DNA of 64,000 bases from Iphione sp. A-MEVVRFRX5 (lineage: Eukaryota): assembly GCA_976226885.1 (NCBI GenBank), contig OZ320319.1, forward strand, positions 91,822,001 through 91,886,000, written 5' to 3'. The notes beneath the pieces were generated by a model. It was not told the origin of the DNA. It did no database searches and saw nothing but the letters and a program-made list of their open reading frames with translations. The position numbers and the translations under genes are program-made. Below, piece by piece: positions 24,224 to 36,600 of this stretch. The number at the start of each line of letters is the position of its first letter. The first letter of the stretch is position 1.

Positions 24224-27200
24224 GCTGAGTGACTCACTGTGTGTTGACAGGAGGCAGGAGATTACAAGAATCAAGAGGCAACAAGAAAATCCCAAAGCAC
24301 TATAAACTTATCAGATGGTATTTCATAAGTTTAATTAAATAAATTATTTTTTAGTTCATATGAAACCCATTAAAAATTAGATTCATGAAAACTTAGGCAA
24401 CATAAAAATGTCACTCGCATGCTGAGGTCGCCAGTCACGCCCAACCGCCCGATCACCAGAGAGCGGCTGTTCTAAGCAGTTGTGACTTATACACGCTCTT
24501 CTCTTAGTGACTTGATCACGGGTTACCCTAAAATACCACAGCAAACCAACTCTGCATAGGTTAAACATCATTTGAGTTTATTCCAGTTAGTCAAAGTGAC
24601 AGAAAAATAGAACATCGACCTTCCACACGGTGAGCATTTGGAAAACCACGTCGTCTGCACAGGAAAGTTGTTACTATGAAGGCTTCATCTAAGTTACCTT
24701 ATCAAGGATTACCATGAAATGACAATCAATCCGACACAAGATGAATTTTTCATCATATAAAAGTTTATTAGTGACAGTCAAAGTAACAAAAAAAGGGATT
24801 TTCAGCTTTTTTGCATGCAGAACATCGGCAGATGAGGTAGGACAACTTTTCTAGCTTTTCGATGTCACTAAATGTACTTAAAACGCTTTTTTTCAGGGAA
24901 TTTTTAAACAACTAAGTTAAACTTACTAATTTTCAGTGGTATTGACATATGCATATTACCCAAGCAAAATATAGCATAACATTTACGACTACCTGTGCGA
25001 ATTTGTGTATTATAAAATTTTTGGTAAGTTTTGCTTGAAGGTTGCAAATAATGGGATAATGATCAGGGTTCTCTACATACTGAAATGTTAATATTTCGTT
25101 GTATTTCTCTGTAGTTTGGTGCAGACCTGGGAGGAGATTGTCACACTTATGTTTTCCACCATCGCGGACATTTGTGAATGATGTTATAACGCTCCAGCAA
25201 CTGGTCAGCCAGGTCGACACCACCCATGAATTGGTTGTATTCATGGATGGCTGCTGGCTTCCTTACCATGATCGCCCGGTGTCCCCCCTCAGCTGTTTTC
25301 AAGTGCCTCCTCACCATAACATACTTGTCACTTGCATGGATTGTGATAACAATGCACACAGGGCTGTTATCCTTCCATTGTTGACATAACAATGCCCCAT
25401 CTCTGACATAGCGGGAGTCTCCACGTTTGGCGGTTTTCTGCCATTGTTTGTCTTTCAGTATCTGAAATGGGTAAAAAAATGTGTATTTATCAATTTCTGG
25501 TATGGTTGGATACCTAGTGATGAAATTCTGGAACAATAGTACTCCTAGATGCATGTAAGTGTACTTCACTAGAGATAAATGGTTTTACCTCTGGAAATCC
25601 ACGACGACAAGTTACTGAAGTTACACAAGCAGGTGTACTCCTCAACCATAAGTGTTCGACTAGTGCGATGGAGGTACAAAAATTGTCAAAAAAAAGATGG
25701 TAGCCCTGGTCAAGGTAGTCCTTTGCCAGACAATTGACAACATCAAATCCTAACCCACTTTTCGATGGCTTCTCACGGCGACCTGTGTAGACACTGTTGT
25801 GAAGCAATAGTAGAAGTATTATTGACTGAATGATGCACCGGTTGTTTTTTTTAAGGGAAATTGAAATGGTTAATGCTGTGTTTATGTTCTATTTTAGAAA
25901 TTTATTGGAGGGGTTTGCATAATAAAAAAAGTAATTATGGTTCTCCAAAAGGGAAATATGATATACTTGTAAAACGTACCTGAAATCAACAGTATATCCT
26001 GAGACAGAGTCACACAGGCACCAGACTTTATAACCAAACCTGATAGGTTTTGCCGGCATATACTGTCTGATGCCCGATCGTCCCTTTGAGCGGACCATCC
26101 TTTCGTCTATTGATACTTTCTCTTTGATTGGTACATAGCCTTACACGTTCTCTGCATGTGGTCCAGGAAGGGTCTCACTTTCGTCAGCTTGTCACTTGCA
26201 TCCTCCTTTGAAGGATCACTGACATGCAACATACTCCCAACGGCTTTGTATCTGGAAATCATGATTGGTCATAATTTTACATGCATTCTGATGGCATTCT
26301 ATGTGCTTGTTAAATCAATACCACGGCTACATTGCAATGTAGTACAAATTACATAAGCATACAACAACTAAGGCATTACTCACCTTGTTCTTGACATAAA
26401 TCGGCAGGCCTATCCATTGGAATAAAGAATAATCAAACCAAGGTAGCGTTTCAGTTCCTCAACAGTGACTTCCTCCCATGTGCCAGTTGGACCTGAATAA
26501 GTGGGCTTATCCTAGATTGTCATCCAACCATAAAGGTTTGTGTTGGCACAGATAATCTGGAAATGTTAGAATATAAATGAGTTTTACAAATTGCTATGAT
26601 TGTGCAATATATATAAAATGCATTGAATAAGACATACAAACAAATTGTAATATTCCATTGCATCAGCTAGAGTCAACAAGAAGCATTAGCAATCCTTCAC
26701 CTGTAGCATTTCTTGGGTCATGAAGAGTCCAAAAAAGTTGATCGCCCATGTGAATGCTCGCATTCCATGTGTGGTCACCATGTCAGAGAAATTCACCGAT
26801 CGCTTCTCGCGAGTTAACCACGCCCACCGCGAAACGTCACAGACACGTGCTTCCGGCATAGACAAACAAACCCATCCAAAATGGCGTTGCATAGGCCGAA
26901 GACTGCGTTACTCACTGATCTGCCGCAGGGTATGAATCCAAAATGGATGCCCCATAAGCCTTCTTCTCGGCAGATAGTCCGCGCGACAGCTTTTGTCACG
27001 GGCTGTTTCGTACATGACGTGTCTCTGACATTTCTGGAAGCAGGAATTGAGGTTTTTGCTCGCTGCTACCGCAGCCAGCGGCGACGGAAGAAGCCCCACG
27101 AAGTGGGCCTGGACATAGGTGACAGTAAAGTCACATTCTGCCACTGTTCCTGCACAGCTGGGTAAGTGTCACGGTCTTTTATAAATTCTGTGGTATCTAT

Positions 27201-27259
27201 AGATATTATGTGTTGTATCTGTAATGTTTTATTCAACTGTCACATTCGCATTTAGCAAG

Positions 27260-27712
27260 CGGAGGCTGTACTGTCACCGCCACCATGTGCTGTCAAGCCC
27301 ACTGCTTCGTAGGTCTGCGCACACTTTGCCAAGGTCGAACTGTCACTGTTGCTGATAAATACTAGCCATATCTAAGTGTATGAGGCTTCTCTAATAATTT
27401 ACTGAACTGTCATGTTTGTGTCACGTTCACATTTTACGAACGGAGGCTGTACTGTCACTGCCACCATGTGCTGTCAAGCCCACTGCTTCGTAGGTCTGCG
27501 CACACTTTGCCAAGGTCGAACTGTCACTGTTGCTGATAAATACTAGCCATATCTAAGTGTATGAGGCTTCTCTAATAATTTACTGAACTGTCATGTTTGT
27601 GTCACGTTCACATTTTACGAACGGAGGCTGTACTGTCACCGCCACCATGGGCTGTCAAGCCCACTGCTTCGTAGGTCTGCGCACACTTTGCCAAGGTTGA
27701 ACCTGTCACTGT
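27260..27712. repeat. 181-bp tandem repeat, about 2.5 copies, in exonuclease intron 1
   Basis: cggaggctgtactgtcac... starts at 27260, 27441 and 27622. Confidence 0.95.
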
Positions 27713-28726
27713 CAGTATGTGTTGTTATATTCATCTGTAGTTGTAGAGTCATATTAAATGTAACCAGCAGTGTGTCCTCTCCTGTGTTGCCTGCATACCT
27801 GTGTTTCACTTTGCCATTTGCTGTCCCTCTTTAATTTCAGGATTGCAGGAAACTGTGCCAACACTCTTGCCGTGGTGCTTGCACTGGCAGAGTGGCAGAA
27901 GCTGGGGTTCTCTCATGCCCCTCAGCCTCTGTCGTGCACCTCACTCCCACAGGTTTGGGACAAACCCCGGTGCAAGAAACCACTGCCAGAATCTGCAACC
28001 GGGGTGTCATTTGCGAAGCCGACCACAAAGGACCGTAAGTGGAAACCACCCACTGCTACTTTTGTAGACAACAGGTAAGTACAGAACAATGATCCCTTAT
28101 GTTCAGTGTTAAATTACTTGATTTTCTCATTTAACTGTTTGGACTGTTTCCTTTCATCTTCATGTTATCATTTTATGGTTCTCATTGACAGTTACTGGTG
28201 TTACAGCTGCAATACAAGGTAACATATTCTGTAAGCTCTTGTTACATGGCAATTAGGTCAATGTTATAAGAAATGATATCTGAGGATATTTATTTCTGAC
28301 AGATTATCGGTGTTGTCTCCATTCTACAAACATGGAATTATATATGAAATGTGCTATAGAAAAAAATAGAATATTTCTGATTATGAAATTCGTATTCTAA
28401 TTTGATTGCAAAATAGGAATTCATCTATGTACTTTAAGTATTAATTGTTTTCCATATATTATCCCCAGGACTAAGGCCTCCAAGCACCTCCGCTTCGATG
28501 CCCTGCTGGACATTGAGGGAGAAGTTCGTACCTCCTCCAGGGGCCTCATGTTGTGGTGGACACTGTTTGTGGTCCTGCTTACATGGGCAGCATAATGAGC
28601 TACCAGGTACGTTTTGGATATGAATAGGTATATGAAATCTGACATAGTATAGGAAATAGTTGTATTTATAAAATGCACTGTAAGACTCGGATAGAGTTGT
28701 TCAGTATTTAATGGAGAAATCTCAGT

Positions 28727-30603
28727 TTGAATTTTAATGTTACAGTTCCAGGAGTTGACCCCCTCTGTACTTGTCAGGGACGCACCTCTGACGTCGTTAA
28801 AGTTGAATGTTACAGTTCCAGGAGTACACCCCCTCTGTACTTGTCACAGACGCACCTAGGACGTCCTCAGAGTTGAATGTTACGTTTCCAGGAGTTGACC
28901 CCCTCTGTACTTGTCACGGACACACCTCGGACGTCCTCAAAGTTGAATGTTACGTTTAAAGGAGTTGACCCCCTCTGTACTTGTCAGGGACGCACCTCTG
29001 ACGTCGTTAAAGTTGAATGTTACAGTTCCAGGAGTACACCCCCTCTGTACTTGTCACAGACGCACCTAGGACGTCCTCAGAGTTGAATGTTACGTTTCCA
29101 GGAGTTGACCCCCTTTGTACTTGTCACCGACACACCTCGGACGTCCTCAAAGTTGAATGTTACGTTTAAAGGAGTTGACCCCCTCTGTACTTGTCAGGGA
29201 CACACCTCGGACGTCCTCAAAGTTGAATGTTACGTTTCCAGGAGTTGACCCCCTCTCTACTTGTCTCGGACGCACCTCGGACGTCGTTAAATTTGAATGT
29301 TACAGTTCCAGGAGTTGACCCCCTCTGTACTTGCCACAGACGCACCTCGGACGTCCTCAAAGTTGAATGTTACGTTTCCAGGAGTTGATCCCCTCTGTAC
29401 TTGTCACGGACACACCTCGGACGTCCTCAAAGTTGAATGTTACGTTTCCAGGAGTTGATCCCCTCTGTACTTGTCACAGACACACCTCGGACGTCCTCAA
29501 AGTTGAATGTTACGTTTCCAGGAGTTGACCCCCTCTGTACTTGTCACGGACACACCTCTGACGTCCTCAAAGTTGAATGTTACGTTTCCAGGAGTTGACC
29601 CCCTCTCTACTTGTCTCGGACGCACCTTGGACGTCCTCAGAGTTGAATGTTACAGTTCACGGAGTTGACCCCCTCTGTACTTGCCACAGACGCACCTCAG
29701 ACGTCCTCAAAGTTGAATGTTACGTTTCCAGGAGTTGACCCCCTCTGAATTGTGACGGACACACCTCGGACGTCCTCAAAGTTGAATGTTACGTTTCCAG
29801 GAGTTGACCCCCTCTGTACTTGTCACTGACACACCTCGGACGTCCTCAAAGTTGAATGTTACGTTTCCAGGAGTTGACCCCCTCTGTACTTGTCAGGGAC
29901 GCACCTCGGACGTCCTCAAAGTTGAATGTTACGTTTCCAGGAGTTGACCCCCTCTCTACTTGTCAGGGACACACCTCGGACATCCTCAAAGTTGAATGTT
30001 ACGTTTCCAGGAGTTGACCCCCTCTGTACTTGTCACGGACGCACCTCGGATGTCATTAAAGTTGAATGTTACGTTTCCAGGAGTTGACCCCCTCTGAATT
30101 GTGACGGACACACCTCGGACGTCCTCAAAGTTGAATGTTACGTTTCCAGGAGTTGACCCCCTCTCTACTTGTCACGGACACACCTCGGACGTCCTCAAAG
30201 TTGAATGTTACGTTTCCAGGAGTTGACCCCCTCTGTACTTGTCAGGGACGCACCTCGGACGTCCTCAAAGTTGAATGTTACGTTTCCAGGAGTTGACCCC
30301 CTCTGTACTTGTCACGGACGCACCTCGGACGTCCTCAAAGTTGAATGTTACAGTTCCAGGAGTTGACCCCCTCTGTACTTGTCACGGACACACCTCGGAC
30401 GTCCTCAAAGTTTAATGTTACGTTTCCAGGAGTTGACCCCCTCTGTACTTGTCACGGACACACCTCGGACGTCCTCAAAGTTGAATGTTACGTTTCCAGG
30501 AGTTGACCCCCTCTGTACTTGTCACGGATGCACCTCGGACGTCGTTAAAGTTGAATGTTACAGTTCCAGGAGTTGACCTCCTCTGTACTTGTCACGGACG
30601 CAA
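28727..30603 (+). repeat. 70-bp minisatellite array, about 27 copies
   Basis: Unit aagttgaatgttacgtttccaggagttgaccccctctgtacttgtcacggacacacctcggacgtcctca; the period of 70 is seen at 29761 and 29831. Confidence 0.97.
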
Positions 30604-30656
30604 CCCGGAAGCACTTGAAACAGGGTCTGGTGGTTCAGGGTCTGGTGGTGTGTCTC

Positions 30657-33600
30657 TTAGTCTTCCTGGGCTTCCTCACAATCTCCTATCAAGAGTGGCT
30701 TGAATGTGGACAAGTAGTCACAGACAGCCCAGACCTGGTTCAAGGTCGCTGTGCCTGACAAGTCCAAGATGTTACTGAGGATTTGCCACTTCTTGATGCG
30801 GTTTATGGCCCTCTCAACATGCACCCGGTGCTTCGCGATGTCCTGTGTCTCGGACACATCCTGCCCGGTCATCTGAGCACCGGTCCTGGCAAATGGTGGT
30901 ATGTTGAGTCGAAGGCCATAATGCCACAGATCGTCTTCAATGAGGAAGCCCTTATCCACCATCACCCCATCACCCGGCAGGAGATACCCGGACCTCAGCA
31001 GCTCCTCTGCCAGGTCGTAGAAGCCGCTGGCTCTGGTTATTTCCTTGTCGGATATCCCCCCCGTGAACAAGGTGGAGATAAAGATGATGGTACCACGGGG
31101 GTCACATCCGACCAAGGCCTTCCAGGTGTTGCTGGACTTGTAGTCCGAGTATGTCTGGCTCTGCCGGGTCAGGGATGATGGTCGCTGGGTCTTAAACTTG
31201 GTCCCGTCAAGAATCACCATTGTGCGTGGATACTCTGCGCGGAACTTCGGGGGCATGTTTGCAATGATGACGTCGCGGTGGGGGAACAGTGGCAGGCGAC
31301 TGAAGCGCTGGTACATATAATTCACCCACCCACCAAACATAAGCGACGCATCCTGTCCTGAGATTCCGTAACGATGCCCCAAGTCCTTGCATTGTAATCC
31401 AAGGCGCAGTCTGCTCAGCACTAGCAACAGCTGATCCTCAGCAGGTATTGTCACCAGGCATCTCACCTTATGGCTAAAGTGGATGGCGTCATAGACTTTC
31501 CCAGTGGGCACCAGAAACCTGAGCACACTGTTGAAAGTCTGCAACGTCAGTCCAGTGTAGTGGCCAATAAGGTCAGGGATGGGACTCCTGTTGACACTAC
31601 TTAAGCTCATCCTGTGAGCCTGTTGAGATCGAGCCCTGCTGCGCTGTGCTGCTAGCTGGGTTTGCAGACTGGCCTTTGCCCGGGCCATTCTCTCCATTTC
31701 AATGGAGAGTCTGGCAACCTCTGCCTGGGCTGCACGCAGGTCGTCCTTAAGGGCAACATTCTCGACAGTGACCGAGAGAACCTCCAAAGGATCAGCCCCT
31801 GTGAAAAGAGAACAATGTATTAGTCACTGTATGATTATAGTCAGTTATCAAGGGAATAGTCACATGCATCTATAATATAGTGTCAAATTTTCTTTGTAGG
31901 CCAAGTACATTGCTGAGTCGCAGGAGAAGACTGGACCCAATGCCCCCCTGGACCCATGTGGAGACATGGTGTTTCCACGGGACTTCGCCCGGGCACCGTG
32001 GATTACACTACCGCCATGGGATCCAGACGTGGCTCAGCGTGGCTGTCACACTTCCACAGGCTGTCCAGCTGGAGCGTGACACCGGTGGGCAGTCTGCGTC
32101 TCCGCTGTGGTGGGAGGAGCGGAGGCACAGGGTGACAGCCTCACATTTTGCCTCCATTATGAAGAGGAAGGCTGCCGTGTCACCAGCGTTCCTACGGAAC
32201 ACATTTACCCCCAAGCCCTTCAAGTCGGCGGCCACGCAGTATGGGACCAGCAGTGAAGAGGTGGCCCGGTTGGCTTTCCTGAGGACCCGGGCAGGAAGCC
32301 ACTACCACCATGTGGGGCTGGTGGTGAATCCGGCATTCCCTTTTCTTGCTGCGACTCCTGATGGCCATCTCTGCACCAAGGGCAAGACGGTCATCATGGA
32401 GATCAAGTGCCCATACTCTGCGAGGGACATGACCATCCCAGAGGCTTGCACCACCATCAAGAAGTTCTGCCTGGAACTGAAGGATGGGAAGCCTGTCATG
32501 TCCAGATTGCATGACTACTGGTTCCAGGTGCAGCGCCAGTTGCTGGTGACAGGTGCAGACTTCTCTACCTTCATAGTGTACACGGCAAGAGACCTCTTCT
32601 CAGAGGATATAGCCCCCTGCAGCGAGACAATGGCCCAGATGTTGTTAAAGCTGGGTGATTTCTGGCTGACCCATGGAAAGCCATATCTGGGTCAGCTTGC
32701 AGCTGAAGAGGCTGAGGAGGAGGAGCTACAGGGGGGGGAAGAGGTCTAATTCTGTCACACTGACACACCGACAACAACCACGGGGGTCAACTGGTGGAAC
32801 TGTAACATTCAACTCTGAGGACGTCCGAGGTGCGTCCGTGACAAGTACAGAGGGGGTCAACTGGTGGAACTGTAACATTCAACTCTGAGGACATCCGAGG
32901 TACATCCGTGACAAGTACAGAGGGGGTCAACTGGTGGAACTGTAACATTCAACTCTGAGGACGTCCGAGGTGCGTCCGTGACAAGTACAGAGGGGGTCAA
33001 CTCCTGGAAACGTAACATTCAACTTTGAGGACGTCTGAGGTGTGTCCCTGACAAGTACAGAGGGGGTCAACTCCTGGAAACGTAACATTCAACTCTGAGG
33101 ACGTCCGAGGTGTGTGCGTGACAACAACCACAGGGGTCAACTGGTGGAAACGTAACATTCAACTCTGAGGACGTCCGAGGTGTGTGCGTGACAACAACCA
33201 CGGGGGTCAACTGGTGGAAACGTAACATTCAACTGTAAGGACATCCGAGATCTGTCTCCGACGCAACCGTCTCCTTTATTGTCATTGTGACTATTCCTGG
33301 GATTACTTACAATGACTTTGTGTCTGGCAGCCCTGACCAATACACTCTGCTGCTGCTGGAGGTGCCCTTGCTGCTGCTGGAGGTGCCCCTGCTGCTGCTG
33401 CTGGAGGTGCCCCAGCTGCTGCTGCTGGAGGTGCCCCAGCTGCTGCTGCTGGAGGTGCCCTTGCTGCTGCTGCTGGAGGTGCCCCAGCTGCTGCTGCTGG
33501 AGGTGCCCTTGCTGCTGCTGCTGGAGGTGCCCCTTCTGCTGCTGCTGGAGGTGCCCCAGCTGCTGCTGCTGGAGGTGCCCCAGCTGCTGCTGCTGGAGGT

Positions 33601-36600
33601 GCCCTTGCTGCTGCTGCTGGAGGTTCCCCAGCTGCTGCTGCTGGAGGTGCCCCAGCTGCTGCTGCTGGAGGTGCCCTTGCTGCTGCTGCTGGAGGTGTTG
33701 GCCCTTCTCCTTGGAAGGTAGGCTGCCTGTTTCCAATTGATTGTACACATACTAATACTAGTGGGTCTCCACAAGGGTCACTTATGGGAATCATATGGTT
33801 TGTCTTGGTTTTTTTTTTATAAAGACTTAACATCAGTTTAATACCTTATGACATTACTCTTCATCTCAGATGTTACTTTCATTTAGAGAAAAAGCAACTG
33901 CATATAGGTAGGTAAACTTGATAGACTGGCATGGAAAGGAGAAACATTAATTCTCATTTACTTCCAGTAATATTTCTATTCACCTTATGATATTACTTTT
34001 CATCCAAAATATTACTAATATTTCTATATATAAAGACAAGAAAGTAGTCTTCTTTCAAATACAAGCCTCTTTTATTCAGGATTAAATATTTTTAATATAT
34101 ATATATAACAAGTGTAAACAGTAATAACAAATTTAAAAGAATCAAAATATCAACAAGTGTAAAAAAATAAAACAAAAATAAAAAACCGAACTGTCTTGGT
34201 TAAATAAGGTGCTAACGTTAAATAAGGTGCTTCCATGTCCTCTCAGTCCTCTCATTGGAAGAAGCCTATGAGGGCCTTCAGGATATCACCATGCAGGTCT
34301 TCTCCTGCTGCTGGTGTTGCTGTTGGTGCTGTTGCCGCTCCTGTGGTGGCGCCGCGGCACACTGCAGGCTGGAGGAGGACCATCACATCCTCCTCCAGGA
34401 CCTCCCACACCCCATCCTCATCTTGGTATAATCTTGGGGTGTGGGAGGCCTCCGCTGCCTCCTCCTCTTCATCGTCCGACAGGACGATCACGGGCTCCAG
34501 TGGCCATTCCAGCGGAGGCCACTGGATGGCCGGCCACTGGAGCTCCGGCTGTGGCTCAGGCTCAGGCTGGTGTTGCAATTTTAAGGCTGCCACCTCCTCC
34601 TCCACCAGCACTATCTTCTGCTGCATCATCCGCAGCTGCTCGTGGAGGAGGGCTACCACCTTATCGTTGGCTCCTGCCTCCTGGTGGCGGATGAGGGTAT
34701 ATGCTTGTTCTGAAATAGAACAAAGAGTGTGCGGTGTATGTGACTCATATTTACGAGAAGGGGCATTGGCTAAAAGTGCAACATTCCACCTGAAATATGT
34801 GGGTGGGGTGTCCATGACATTAACAACAGGGGGGACACCTACTACAAGTGTAACATTCAGCAAAAACAACGTACGGTGTATGTGAGTCATATTTACAAGA
34901 AGGGGCACCAGCAACAAGTGTAACATTCCACCTGAAATACGTGGGTGGGGTGTCCGTGACATTAACAACAGGGGGGACACCTACTACAAGTGTAACATTC
35001 AGCAAAAACAACGTGCGGTGTATGTGAGTCATATTTACGAGAAGGGGCACCAGCAACAGGTGTAACATTCCACCTAAAAAACGTGGGTGGGGTGTCCGTG
35101 ACATTAACAACAGGGGGGACACCTACTACAAGTGTAACATTCAGCAGAAACAACGTGCGATGTATGTGAGTCATATTTACGAGAAGGGGCACCAGCAACA
35201 GGTGTAACATTCCACCTAAAATACGTGGGTGGGGTGTCCGTGACATTAACAACAGGGGGGACACCTACTACAAGTGTAACATTCAGCAAAAACAACGTGC
35301 GATGTATGTGTCAGTCACATATATCATGAGGGGCATCTAGAATGAGGTTATATTATAAGTCTAACTTACCAGCAGCCTTGCGCCGCGCGCGGCGGAGGCG
35401 CTGCTTGGCTGCCTCAAGGGCATGGTAGCCCGCCTGCTGTTGCTTGTTGGCCCTCCACTTGGCCGTGCGTACTCTGCCAGGGGTGGGTTGACCACGTGGC
35501 ATCTTGCTGCAATGGAAAAGTCACACAACTGAGAACAGTCTTCAATAGCTGTTTTTTTTTTGTTGTTTTTTAAGCTTCTGCACTCACATCTGATGTAGTA
35601 GGGTGAGAGGAGTAAGATGTTCTTTGAATTTTCCAAAACAATACATAAATCAGCCAGTTATGACCAAAAATGTCTCCAACAATTTCATGTCAGTGGCAGT
35701 CTAAGCCAAGAAGTGAGCTGACCTACATTCAACTTGTTATTTTCATCAAATATTTCAGGATTGAGCTGCTAATGTATGTTAAACTACTGTCCGGTATGTG
35801 CTATGTACCTATATGCACACTATGACTATGATTCTGGACAGAGAACATCAAAATAGCACAAGATTTTCCAAAAAATTGATGAGTGAAATTAAAAGTTACT
35901 TACACTTTCTGCTGACGGGACAGATCTGGTTCTTTAATCCGGATTCAACCAGCCATGACTGGAAATCCATTTCCGGTGCAGTTTAAAAAAATGTTCGTAG
36001 GTGACAGTGTGGAGCTCAGAAATCAGTTACGTATGTCTGAGATGCTTTCCTGTCGCAAAAACCTTCTAAACCGTGACATAAATAATGATAATATGTTCAG
36101 GAATCAACTGTGACAGTTTCACCAAAAAATAAAAAATCTACACCCTGGAGCGATTGATTACTTCAGGGTCTCGCACGCTACTGTCAGGGACAGGCTAGGT
36201 CGGTCCGCTGGGCAGCTACCCTTGCCATAGAAAAACACTGCAAACAGACACTTTCATTCACGTGAACGTGACAAAATGAGAGATGAGTATAGAAGACATG
36301 TGTAAGAAATGACTGTGACAAGTACAGGTGAAAAAAACAATTCCATATGTCTGTGCGAGTAAAAACGTCACGGCCCATACGCAACTGTCAGCACCCACCA
36401 CCAGGACCGCTGTCACAACCTCCACCTCGCCCTCGAAAACCCTCCCGAAAAGAGACTTCCAGACATGCAAACGTGACAAAATGGGAGATGAGTATAGAAG
36501 ACATGTGTAAGAAATGACTGTGACAATTACAGGTGAAAAAAAAAATTCTATATGTCTGTGCGAGTAAAAACATCATGGCCCATACGCAACTGTCACCGAT

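Larger units (their letters stand above)
26881..32749 (+). pseudogene. SWIM finger + YqaJ/lambda-exonuclease gene, 4 exons
   Basis: Exons 26881-27161, 27841-28074, 28469-28606 and 31900-32749 have canonical GT/AG sites. Motifs: CHCSCTAG|IAGNCAN; GPAYMGSIMSYQ; TGGQSASPLWWEERRHRVTASHF; LAATPDG; EIKCP; YWFQVQ. One frameshift lies in exon 3 and one at about 32040. Confidence 0.85.

Noticed and set aside
24560-25140. Possible fragment of another transposase (EILTFQYVENP; CRCSACKKAENP) and a TTAA-CCTATGCAG end
   Set aside because: Too decayed to assign, and no partner terminus was found.
28727-30603. Regular array that might be read as CRISPR
   Set aside because: The whole 70-bp unit repeats with no unique spacers, there are no cas genes, and the context is eukaryotic.
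33137-33833. Poly-Q, poly-A/P, Cys-rich and Leu-rich ORFs in several frames
   Set aside because: Multi-frame openness follows from the 24-bp CAG repeat. Only the splice-flanked poly-Q reading is kept, as a weak hypothesis.
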